A DNA stretch of 60,458 nucleotides from NCBI GenBank assembly GCA_036160735.1, contig JAYYDR010000055.1, forward strand, positions 1-60,458. The letters are read 5' to 3'. The notes under the pieces were generated by a model. The model did not search any database and was not told the origin of the DNA. It worked only from the letters and a program-made list of their open reading frames with translations. The DNA comes from Thermoplasmatota archaeon (lineage in GTDB: Archaea; Thermoplasmatota; Poseidoniia; Poseidoniales; Poseidoniaceae). Below are positions 42,724-51,088 of the stretch, piece by piece (positions within the stretch are counted from its first letter, which is position 1; every line of letters begins with the position of its first letter). The translations under genes and the position numbers were made by a program.

Positions 42724-43155
42724 CTATTCCGGCTTAGATAGCTCCTCTAGTAGCACATAAATCGGTGGCATATGATTTGAAATTGTGTGCTTACTAGTTT
42801 TTGGAGGATACAACTCATCACTAAGGCTCATGTCGATTACTTCCTGCTTTGAAATCGACTCAAGTCCGCAACCTGGCCAAACATCTACTCTTATTTCGTC
42901 ATCTGACAGGTAATCGATCAAGATTGCTGGCACTCTCTTTAGGTTGAGAGATAACGCTACTGAATGCCTATGGTGGCCGTCCAAAATCGCGCCTGTAACC
43001 GAATCAACTAGCAGCGGTTTGGTAAAACCGCCCCATCTTTTCGTCATCTCAAGCAACTTGTTTCGATTCTTTACTTTAATCTCTTCATGAGGTTTCAACC
43101 ACTCCAAAGAAACTAATGAAATGTCTTCTGCTTCCCATGACATGGCTGTTTCCAA
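42724..43155 (-). CDS. ParB/sulfiredoxin-like nuclease-domain protein
   Basis: 143 aa. LKPHEE...ILDGHHRHSVAL matches the ParBc/Srx-type core. Confidence 0.55.
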   Translation of the reverse strand: METAMSWEAEDISLVSLEWLKPHEEIKVKNRNKLLEMTKRWGGFTKPLLVDSVTGAILDGHHRHSVALSLNLKRVPAILIDYLSDDEIRVDVWPGCGLESISKQEVIDMSLSDELYPPKTSKHTISNHMPPIYVLLEELSKPE

Positions 43156-43176
43156 GGAGATACATGGGATAATGCT

Positions 43177-44457
43177 TTGGAAAGGGTGAGTGACACACCC
43201 GTCATGGAGGAAGGCCTACCCGCTGATGTCGCAGGCTTGTCCATGCCTTCACTTCTTCAAGAAAATGAAGACCTTTCTCACGTATTGGATGTACTATGCG
43301 CCGGAGGATATGGCGCATGGGTTGTAGGAGGAGCCGTTAGAGATTCACTACTGGGAAGAATCCCGCATGAATACGACATTTGCACCACTGCAACACCAGA
43401 TGAAGTGATTGAATCATTTGATGACACTATACCTACTGGTGTGAAATTTGGTACGATTACAGTAAAAAGTGGCACTTCTTTGTTCGAAGTTACTACTCTT
43501 CGAACTGAGACTGAATATGGAGATGGAAGAAGGCCTGATGTAGTGGAATGGGGAAATAGCCTATTGACGGATTTGTCCAGACGTGACTTCACAATTAATG
43601 CAATGGCTTACGACCTTGCAAGAGAACTTCTTCATGACCCGTTCGGAGGTAAAAATGACCTTGAGAACAAATGCCTTCGAGCGGTTGGAAATGCAGATCA
43701 AAGACTGTCTGAAGATGGCTTGAGGATATTGAGAGCATATCGCTTCATGGACAGACAAGAAGACGGGATTTGGGACCCAGAAAATGAGTTATCTATAGCC
43801 CTAGTAGAAAATAGAGCAATGCTGGCAATGGTCTCAATTGAAAGAGTGTGGAGTGAATTGGCGAGAATAATTACCGGCAAAAATGCCGGCCAAGTACTCA
43901 GTAGGATGAATGATGATGGCATCCTTGCTGCGATAATTGGCTATCCATTACATAGTGAGGTGTTCGATTTGGTTAGTAGAATACCCGAGGACCTTGAAGC
44001 AAGATTTGCTTTAATTTCTTCAAAAATAAGCCAAAATGATTTGACTGTCATTCTCGAGCGATTGAAAGTCTCAAAGAGTACATTTAATCGAACTAAGTTC
44101 CTACATTCCCTATTGGAAAGATTACCAAAACAAAACGAATTAAGGCTCTATAGATACGTACTCGGAAAGGAGGTTGTAACACACTCATCAATGTTGGCGG
44201 CTTTGGACGTGAATACAGATTTGATCAATAAATCGTTGAATTTACCTTTCGAGATCAATTGCTTAGTAAATGGAGATTGGATCATGCAAAGAACCGGATT
44301 GGGCCCTGGCATTAAGCTAGGTAGACTCAAAGATTGGTTGTTTAGGATTCAGATTGAGAGAGGATATGAGAGTTTAGACCAAATGGAAACCGCACTCTGT
44401 ACAGTACCTTGGCAGAATGGGGACCCAAAATCATGGCCCCGTCCAAACTGGCCGTGA
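43177..44457 (+). CDS. cca: class II (bacterial/eukaryotic-type) tRNA nucleotidyltransferase, CCA-adding or related
   Basis: 426 aa. GGAVRDSLLG, YDICT, GTITV, RRDFTINAMA and SEDGLRILRAYRF are the class II PolyA_pol head/neck motifs. The start is TTG 43177 or ATG 43204. Confidence 0.8.
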   Translation: MERVSDTPVMEEGLPADVAGLSMPSLLQENEDLSHVLDVLCAGGYGAWVVGGAVRDSLLGRIPHEYDICTTATPDEVIESFDDTIPTGVKFGTITVKSGTSLFEVTTLRTETEYGDGRRPDVVEWGNSLLTDLSRRDFTINAMAYDLARELLHDPFGGKNDLENKCLRAVGNADQRLSEDGLRILRAYRFMDRQEDGIWDPENELSIALVENRAMLAMVSIERVWSELARIITGKNAGQVLSRMNDDGILAAIIGYPLHSEVFDLVSRIPEDLEARFALISSKISQNDLTVILERLKVSKSTFNRTKFLHSLLERLPKQNELRLYRYVLGKEVVTHSSMLAALDVNTDLINKSLNLPFEINCLVNGDWIMQRTGLGPGIKLGRLKDWLFRIQIERGYESLDQMETALCTVPWQNGDPKSWPRPNWP

Positions 44458-44496
44458 CGGCATCAACTTGATGACTAAGTCCGCTATCGCTAACAC

Positions 44497-46032
44497 ATGT
44501 CCGAAGGCGAGGGTAACACACACTGGTTGACATCGGCTGGTGGTTGGGCTGCATCTTTAGGTCTTGTGATGATTGTAATTGAAAACGCAATTGGCACTGG
44601 CGATTCATCAATTGGTTCCGCTTGCTGCTGCTTTGGAATCTTTGGCCTAATCGCTGGTGGAATAGTCTCGGCAAACGGTGCTGCAGTGAGTTCTGATGGT
44701 ACCATGGTACTCAAACAGGATAGCACCGGTCAATGGAGCTGGGTACAAAATCAAATCCAAGGTGATACTGTTGGAGCAGCATCACATTTCAACGACCAAA
44801 ATACTCAGATTATGTCCAGAGTAATTTCGGAAGTTCGCAATGGTAAGCAACTTCAGGAACTACCAACAAACGAACTAGATATCCTCGCAAGTGCTTACGG
44901 TGTTGATAGTGGTTCAAGTCAACAAAAGATCGAGGCACTACACAACTCAAACATCGCAAAGAGTGCTCTGAAATTAGGTGCGCTCGGAGTTGCTGGTGGA
45001 GCTGGAGCAATAGGGACCGCGCACATCATCAAATCTAGCAGAGAAAGAGCGATTGAGCGTGCTGAAGAACTCAGAGAACAGGGCAGAGAAAAACTTCGAG
45101 AAAATATCGAAGCGGGTAAGTACGCAGTCAATGCAAAACTGCCAACCAATGAATCTGGCGAACAAGCTACCGATGTTGCAGGAAACATAATCCTTGATCA
45201 ATTGAAAAAACAAATTGAGTCAAGAAATCTCACTCCTGAAAAGATGCTGATGCTGGGAGACATGAACAAAGATGGAAGGTTGGATGCGGATGAAATTGCA
45301 GGAGCATTAACCGCTGCTACAGGATTCAGTGTCCCGGCTTTTATTGTCAAGGATTCAATAAAGGATTTCGACCTAAATCAAGACGGCAAGTTAGACCTTA
45401 ATGAGATGAATGTACTGTGGACTAAACTTGGATTTGAAGTAGACGAGAAAGGTCAATTTAGTGATGATGAAATCGATGCTGTACTCGACGAAGTAGACGA
45501 TGACGTTACAGCTATTGATGACTCGGTTATCGATGAAGATAACCAAATCCACGCCACTGTTGAAGTTTCAACGGAAGTCGAAACCACGAATGAATCTCAA
45601 GATGTTTTAGAATCCATTGAAGAACCAACTGTAGCAGAAAAGTCAGTCCTTTCAACTGAAGTTGAAGCGACTGGGGAAATGTCTGATGGAATCGACACAG
45701 AATTCGAGAGACTGTTACTCGAAATGGAAGGAGCAAGATTCTCAAGCGAAAGAAAGGCTCTGATGGAGAAACAAACCAGCGAATTCCTCGTCACTATGAA
45801 GATCGATAAAATGGAGAGAACACTCCTTGGTGACCCCAAATATCGTGGTGGGCAATCTGTTCACGGACTGTTGGATGGAGGACCATATATCGGAGTCGTG
45901 AAGGTTCCAGTTGAATTGGATGAGAAGATTTTGTCCTTCAAACAGGGAGATGAAATCCAATTATGGGCTAGCCTTGTCGACTTTTCACCGAGTCTAAAGC
46001 GACCTGTACTAGAGTCGAGTGAGATTGTCTGA
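44497..46032 (+). CDS. membrane protein with coiled coil, paired EF-hands and acidic region
   Basis: 511 aa. Two N-terminal TM helices. EF loops DMNKDGRLDADE (45259-45294) and DLNQDGKLDLNE (45370-45405) both satisfy the canonical DxNxDGxxDxxE pattern. Confidence 0.6.
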   Translation: MSEGEGNTHWLTSAGGWAASLGLVMIVIENAIGTGDSSIGSACCCFGIFGLIAGGIVSANGAAVSSDGTMVLKQDSTGQWSWVQNQIQGDTVGAASHFNDQNTQIMSRVISEVRNGKQLQELPTNELDILASAYGVDSGSSQQKIEALHNSNIAKSALKLGALGVAGGAGAIGTAHIIKSSRERAIERAEELREQGREKLRENIEAGKYAVNAKLPTNESGEQATDVAGNIILDQLKKQIESRNLTPEKMLMLGDMNKDGRLDADEIAGALTAATGFSVPAFIVKDSIKDFDLNQDGKLDLNEMNVLWTKLGFEVDEKGQFSDDEIDAVLDEVDDDVTAIDDSVIDEDNQIHATVEVSTEVETTNESQDVLESIEEPTVAEKSVLSTEVEATGEMSDGIDTEFERLLLEMEGARFSSERKALMEKQTSEFLVTMKIDKMERTLLGDPKYRGGQSVHGLLDGGPYIGVVKVPVELDEKILSFKQGDEIQLWASLVDFSPSLKRPVLESSEIV

Positions 46033-46071
46033 CGGCTGAAAACTTAAGCCGTTAGATTGAGACCAACAATC

Positions 46072-46422
46072 ATGGCAAGTGTTGGTTCAGGTAAGGCTGT
46101 ACCAAAACCTAAGTCTGAAGCAATCAATCCTTCTGGCAAGATAAGTTATTCAAGATCTTCAAAATCTATGAACAAAGTTGATGAAAAATCAAAGCCAGTC
46201 AGCAATTTAACTCTTCTTGGATTTGGAATAATCCTGTTTGTGGTACTAGTCTTGCCTACGAATGGAGATGGGATGGTTTGCTTCATCCCATTGATGATTT
46301 TGTTCGCATTGAAAGATATACTCAATATTCCAACAAAGTTTTTCATTGTATTATTGGCAATAATCGGAATTCTTCTCGCATACTGGTTCATCAATGCCAT
46401 GGTAGGCATGGGGATGTACTGA
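46072..46422 (+). CDS. small basic-headed membrane protein
   Basis: ATG 46072 (track start 46057 is TTG). A K/S-rich N-terminus is followed by three hydrophobic helices. Confidence 0.4.
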   Translation: MASVGSGKAVPKPKSEAINPSGKISYSRSSKSMNKVDEKSKPVSNLTLLGFGIILFVVLVLPTNGDGMVCFIPLMILFALKDILNIPTKFFIVLLAIIGILLAYWFINAMVGMGMY

Positions 46423-46432
46423 AACGTTCCAA

Positions 46433-47605
46433 TCAGGGCTTGATCGCTCTTGCAATGACGATTCTTTGTACTTCTTGTGTGCCTTCATAGATTTGCGTAA
46501 TCTTTGCATCTCTGAAGAATCTCTCCACAGGGAATTCCTTGGTGTATCCGTAACCACCTAGAACCTGAATTGCTCTCTCAGTTACCCACATTGCGGTATC
46601 GCCGGCATACAATTTAGCCATACTAGCCTCTTTAGTGTGTCTTGGGCCACCATTTTCGTAGTGCTCCTCTTTCGCCCATGATGCTTTGTAAACAAGAAGT
46701 CTCGCGGCATCTATTCTGGTTGCCATGTCCGCTAAGTAAGAGGTAATCATCTGGTGGTGAGCGATTGGCTTTCCGAAAGCCTCTCTTTCGTGAGAATATT
46801 TCAGAGCTGCCTCGTAAGCACCCTGTGCGATTCCTAGAGCTTGTGCAGCGATACCAATTCGAGAATTGTCTAGTGCGTTCATTGCTATTGCGAAGCCGTT
46901 ACCAGAGCCCTTGATCACGTTCTCAACAGGAACCTTACAGTTTTCCAAAACAAGGGTACAGGTGTCCGACGAACGGATTCCTAACTTGTCTTCTTTTTTG
47001 CCAACGCTAAAACCTTCAAAGGATTGCTCGACAATGAACGCAGTGCTTCCACCATGCTTCTTTACTCCATAATCAGGGTGGTCAACATCTTTTGCAAATA
47101 ATACATAGATTTGGGCTTGTGCTCCATTTGTTACCCACATCTTTTCTCCGTTCAGAATGTAATGGGTTCCATCATCTGACAATTTGGCCTTGCAGACCAT
47201 TGCTGCAGCATCTGTACCCGCTCCCGCTTCAGAAAGTGAGTAAGCACCTACTTCGCCTGCTGCGAGCCGCGGGAGGTAATTTTGCTTCTGCTCTTCATTA
47301 CCGTGCAAAGCGATGGTTTTTGAACACAGACCGACATGGACGCAGAACATTACAGCAAAGGATGGGTCGATTCTTGCTAGTTCCTCAATAATGATCGATT
47401 CACAGATGTCATCGACTGGGTTTCCACCGTATTCTTCTGGGATTGCAATTCCTTGCAGACCATACTCGATAAACTGCTTCCATTCTTCGGCTGGAGGAAT
47501 CTGATTTGCGTCCCTGTGCTCTATTGTTGGGGGCAAGACTGTCTCTGCAAAGTCCCTTACCATCTCGCGAATCATTTGCTGTTCATCCGTCTCCTCGAAG
47601 CGCAT
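46433..47605 (-). CDS. acyl-CoA dehydrogenase
   Basis: ATG 47605 (MRFEETDEQQMIREMVRDF...) gives the typical about 390-aa ACAD. GAYSLSEAGAGTDAA, WVTNG and C-terminal QIYEGTQEVQR (catalytic Glu) blocks. The track start 47689 overlaps the neighbouring gene. Confidence 0.85.
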   Translation of the reverse strand: MRFEETDEQQMIREMVRDFAETVLPPTIEHRDANQIPPAEEWKQFIEYGLQGIAIPEEYGGNPVDDICESIIIEELARIDPSFAVMFCVHVGLCSKTIALHGNEEQKQNYLPRLAAGEVGAYSLSEAGAGTDAAAMVCKAKLSDDGTHYILNGEKMWVTNGAQAQIYVLFAKDVDHPDYGVKKHGGSTAFIVEQSFEGFSVGKKEDKLGIRSSDTCTLVLENCKVPVENVIKGSGNGFAIAMNALDNSRIGIAAQALGIAQGAYEAALKYSHEREAFGKPIAHHQMITSYLADMATRIDAARLLVYKASWAKEEHYENGGPRHTKEASMAKLYAGDTAMWVTERAIQVLGGYGYTKEFPVERFFRDAKITQIYEGTQEVQRIVIARAIKP

Positions 47606-47709
47606 GTTACAGGCCAAATCGTTAGAGCATTTTAGGGATGCGCCTTGGCAATTCACTTTTGCAGTGCGTTCATATATTACCTGCCTCACGGCGGCTCAAG
47701 GTTGATACC

Positions 47710-48111
47710 ATGGATGAAGAAGTCATGGAATTCGGCATCGCTCACAGCCGCAAGTACTCTAGGGACCACTTATGGTACCAAGAAAAGGATGACCGCTTGG
47801 TAATTGGCATTTCAGATTACCTAGCAGCAGACATCGGAGAAGTCCTCAGAGTTATCCTGCCACACGCTGAAACCGAGGTCGATGAAGAGCAAAATTTGTT
47901 TTCAATCTGGACAGCTGAAGAAAAACTCACTTTCCCGAGTCCTTTCGCTGGAGAGATTGCAGAAGTGAACGGTGAAGTAGAGATTAACCCGGAATTGGTT
48001 AACGACTCTCCTTATGACCTAGGGTGGATCATTATTCTGAATCCACACGATGTAGATATGGAAAATCTCCTAGAGCCCGATGAATACGTTGATTTCCTAG
48101 CAGAAGGCTGA
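47710..48111 (+). CDS. glycine-cleavage H-protein-like (lipoyl-domain fold) protein lacking the canonical lipoyl-lysine
   Basis: 133 aa. YSRDHLWY, VIGISDY, SPFAGEIAEVN and NDSPYDLGWI align without gaps to GcvH. The ESVKA position reads WTAEE (Glu codon 47917-47919), with a Lys two residues later. Confidence 0.7.
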   Translation: MDEEVMEFGIAHSRKYSRDHLWYQEKDDRLVIGISDYLAADIGEVLRVILPHAETEVDEEQNLFSIWTAEEKLTFPSPFAGEIAEVNGEVEINPELVNDSPYDLGWIIILNPHDVDMENLLEPDEYVDFLAEG

Positions 48112-48149
48112 ATCGCATCCCGGAAAAAGAATGAAACCGGTGTGATTTG

Positions 48150-49256
48150 ATGGACCTTGAAAGACACGATTTCGAACTCGATGAGTTAATAGAGAGAATC
48201 AAAGGACACGACCACCGACTTGTGGCTCTACAAATACCAGAGGGCCTGAAAATGCAGGCCTTGGAAATGATGGACGAAATCGAAGATGAAACCTCGGCTA
48301 AGGTAATTCTTGCCGCAGACCCATGTTATGGGGCATGTGATTTAGTCCATGATAAGATGAAAATGATGGGTGTAGAATTAGTCGCACACATGGGTCATTC
48401 ACAGATGAATATCGATTCAGGAATGCCTACTCAATTCATCAACGTAACGTACGACGGTGACCCTGCGATAGACCCAGTTCTACCAATTCTTGCTCAGCAT
48501 AGAGCAATCGCTCAATCAAGACTTGCGGAGAACAATACTGGCGATTTAAGCGAAGAAGAAGCTCAGGAGAGATTTTTGGATGCAGTTGGCAGGATTGCTC
48601 CTCTAAAAGGTGCTAAATTGGGACTCGTTGCATCCATTCAGCATCTGCATTTGGTTTTCGATTATAAGAAACGTTTCGAAGACGCTGGATTTGAAGTTGA
48701 AGTTCCAGTTGGTGGCGCTAGGCTAACCTTCCCCGGTCAAGTTTTGGGCTGCAATTACTCTGGTGATGATGATGAAATTGGGCATTATCTCTTCCTTGGT
48801 AGCGGCGACTTCCACCCGATTGGACTTGCCTTACACACTGGAAAACCACTCGCTATGCTCGACCCATACACTGGAGACGCTACTGAGATGGGTGTAGAAA
48901 GGATTGAAAGAATCCTTAGGCAGCGATTCGGGTTGATAATGGCAATCCAGGATGCGCAAAATTTTGCTATTCTAATCGGAGAAAAACCAGGTCAGATGAG
49001 GCGAAGTCTGGCTCTTAAACTGAAGCGAACTCTTGCAAAGCACGGCAAGAAAGGGTACCTGCTAGCCTTGGAGCATGTAGGACCTGAATTGATTGATTTC
49101 TATCCAGTGGACGCATTTGTTAACACAGCATGCCCAAGAATTGCTATCGATGACTCTGTCAAATACGCAAAGCCGCTAGTTACTCCGTTCGAATTGGAAG
49201 TCGCACTTGGAGAAAAGAAGTGGGAAACTGGATATCAGTTCGATGAGATACCTTGA
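48150..49256 (+). CDS. dph2: diphthamide biosynthesis protein Dph2 (2-(3-amino-3-carboxypropyl)histidine synthase)
   Basis: About 368 aa. VALQIPEGLK, ADPCYGACD, and later Cys-containing blocks (VLGCN, NTACPR), as in archaeal Dph2. Confidence 0.8.
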   Translation: MDLERHDFELDELIERIKGHDHRLVALQIPEGLKMQALEMMDEIEDETSAKVILAADPCYGACDLVHDKMKMMGVELVAHMGHSQMNIDSGMPTQFINVTYDGDPAIDPVLPILAQHRAIAQSRLAENNTGDLSEEEAQERFLDAVGRIAPLKGAKLGLVASIQHLHLVFDYKKRFEDAGFEVEVPVGGARLTFPGQVLGCNYSGDDDEIGHYLFLGSGDFHPIGLALHTGKPLAMLDPYTGDATEMGVERIERILRQRFGLIMAIQDAQNFAILIGEKPGQMRRSLALKLKRTLAKHGKKGYLLALEHVGPELIDFYPVDAFVNTACPRIAIDDSVKYAKPLVTPFELEVALGEKKWETGYQFDEIP

Positions 49257-49310
49257 GAGGGTCTTTTGAGTTGAAAGTTCAATAACCATAGACGATAACC
49301 ATCTGTAGTC

Positions 49311-50495
49311 ATGAGTTCATATCTAGACCGCATCGGTGCGGGATTAATCCTCAGCAAACCAGAGGTTTTTGGCTTTGATTACGTTCCAGAAACCTTGGTT
49401 TGTAGGGAAGACCTGCAGGGAGAATTAGCTGCAATACTAGGCAGTATCGCACACCCTGAAGGAACAGGTAGAGTGGTTATTACTGGCCCGGTTGGTTCCG
49501 GTAAAACCGTATTAGCAAAGCGTTTTTGTCACGACATTATTCGACACTTGAGCGATAAAAGGAACATAAAACAGGTTCACGTTAACTGCAGAAACGCTGC
49601 TACTCCATCAAGAGTTATGCAAAAGATTGTCCAAGACCTCGACCCTGGGCATCCTGACCGTGGTCTTGGAGTTGGAGAATTACTAACCAGTTTGAGAAGG
49701 ATGTTGCAAAGCAGCAACACTCACCTAATCGTCGTACTTGATGAGGTAGACCACCTATTGAGGCGCTCCGGAGATGACATAATCTACAAACTTATGAGAA
49801 TCGACGAGGATAGAGAAGGTGTCGGTACACTCTCTACAATAATGATCAGTCAGGAGCAAGTCCTAGACTTACTCGAAAATGCTGTTTTATCGCGTGTCGG
49901 AAGGTCAAATCACGTCAGAGTTCCTCCATATGATGAAAATGGACTCAAGAGTATTATCGAACAGAGAATGAATCTAGGTTTGGTCACAGGTACCTGTCCC
50001 GCAGAGATTCTCGATTTGATCTCACAGGCTGCTGCACCATCCGGTGATGCACGCCAAGCGATAGAACTCTTGGAGGGTGCTGCAAAGCGCGCTGAGGCCG
50101 CAGGTCGCTCAATTATAGAGGCAAAAGATGTTCAGAGAACAGTAGTCACGATGCCGGCAAATGTGGATTCTTTGAATATCGAAAATTTGCCACCTCATGC
50201 AATGATGATTTTGTTAGGATTGTGCAGGCGTCTCAAGAAAGAGGAACGCGTGACAAGTGGCGAGGCAGAAAAACTGTATCACGTGGTCTGCGAGGAATAT
50301 GACCAGTCACCTAAAGGGCACACTACGCTTTGGAAGCATTTGAAGCGACTGGCACAAGAAGATATCATCGTGACAAAGACCGCTAAATCAGAGGTAGGTA
50401 GAGGCAGGACACAACACATTTCGATGCCTCATATGCTTCCTAGTGACGTGGAAAGACGTCTTGAAACACTGATTCCAAGTCGACTACGCCGCTAA
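49311..50495 (+). CDS. cdc6: Orc1/Cdc6 replication initiator
   Basis: 394 aa. REDLQGEL, Walker A GPVGSGKT, Walker B VVLDEVD, sensor GDARQAIELL, and a C-terminal winged helix. Confidence 0.9.
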   Translation: MSSYLDRIGAGLILSKPEVFGFDYVPETLVCREDLQGELAAILGSIAHPEGTGRVVITGPVGSGKTVLAKRFCHDIIRHLSDKRNIKQVHVNCRNAATPSRVMQKIVQDLDPGHPDRGLGVGELLTSLRRMLQSSNTHLIVVLDEVDHLLRRSGDDIIYKLMRIDEDREGVGTLSTIMISQEQVLDLLENAVLSRVGRSNHVRVPPYDENGLKSIIEQRMNLGLVTGTCPAEILDLISQAAAPSGDARQAIELLEGAAKRAEAAGRSIIEAKDVQRTVVTMPANVDSLNIENLPPHAMMILLGLCRRLKKEERVTSGEAEKLYHVVCEEYDQSPKGHTTLWKHLKRLAQEDIIVTKTAKSEVGRGRTQHISMPHMLPSDVERRLETLIPSRLRR

Positions 50496-50503
50496 TAATC
50501 CGC

Positions 50504-50510
50504 TTTATAT
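50504..50510 (+). promoter_or_regulatory. candidate archaeal TATA box upstream of rps6e-eif2g
   Basis: CGCTTTATATCGC lies in the 72-bp gap after cdc6. It is about 58 nt upstream of ATG 50568 and about 28 nt upstream of the alternative ATG 50538. Confidence 0.3.
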
Positions 50511-50567
50511 CGCACAAAGGGCCTAAATACCCGTCCTATGTCGGCAGGCTGCTCAAGAGTTGATAAC

Positions 50568-51047
50568 ATGGCAGATGGTACTTTCGTCGCAGTGGTCAAT
50601 GACACAAATCCAAACAATGGAGGACGCTCCTACAACCTAACAGTTAGTGGGAACAACCAATCCCAATTCCTAGGTAAGAAAATCGGCGACGTAGTCGATG
50701 GTATCTTCGTTGGAGAAGGTGACAAAACTCTTGCAGGATACAAATTAGAAATCACTGGCGGTTCCGATAAAACTGGAACACCAATGAGGTCCGATCTGGA
50801 TGGTGGAACTCGCCAATCAGTTCTTGTAACCGCTTCAACCGGTTTCAAGGGACACAAACTAGTCCACAAGGCAAAAGGTGGAGAAAAGAAGAGATTCCGC
50901 TACAAGCCTGACGGAATGCGTAAGAGGCGCAACTTCCGTGGTAACACAATCACCCAAGATACCCGACAAATCAATCTCAAAGTAATCGAGGCTGCAAACA
51001 AGAGCCTCGCTGACATCCTCGGCGCTGATGAGGAGAGCAGTGAGTGA
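50568..51047 (+). CDS. rps6e: 30S ribosomal protein S6e
   Basis: MADGTFVAVVND...FLGKKIGDVVDG...GYKLEITGGSDKTGTPMR matches archaeal S6e. ATG 50568 gives the usual N-terminus (track start is 50538). Confidence 0.85.
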   Translation: MADGTFVAVVNDTNPNNGGRSYNLTVSGNNQSQFLGKKIGDVVDGIFVGEGDKTLAGYKLEITGGSDKTGTPMRSDLDGGTRQSVLVTASTGFKGHKLVHKAKGGEKKRFRYKPDGMRKRRNFRGNTITQDTRQINLKVIEAANKSLADILGADEESSE

Positions 51048-51088
51048 AGCCGCGAGGCTGATCTTGAGGTATTGGGGGAAAGGGAAGC

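Noticed and set aside
46031-46052. Hairpin ACGGCT-N9-AGCCGT after the EF-hand gene as a terminator
   Set aside because: The stem is only 6 bp and no T-tract follows it. Archaeal termination relies mainly on oligo-T, so the support is insufficient.
47606-47709. Overlapping N-terminal extensions of the acyl-CoA dehydrogenase and the GcvH-like ORF
   Set aside because: Internal ATGs (47605 and 47710) give the family-typical N-termini and a 104-bp divergent promoter region instead of an overlap.
49257-49310. Replication origin expected next to orc1/cdc6
   Set aside because: The flanking gaps are only 54 bp and 72 bp. They contain no repeated ORB-like inverted elements and no extended AT-rich unwinding stretch, so I cannot support an origin call here.
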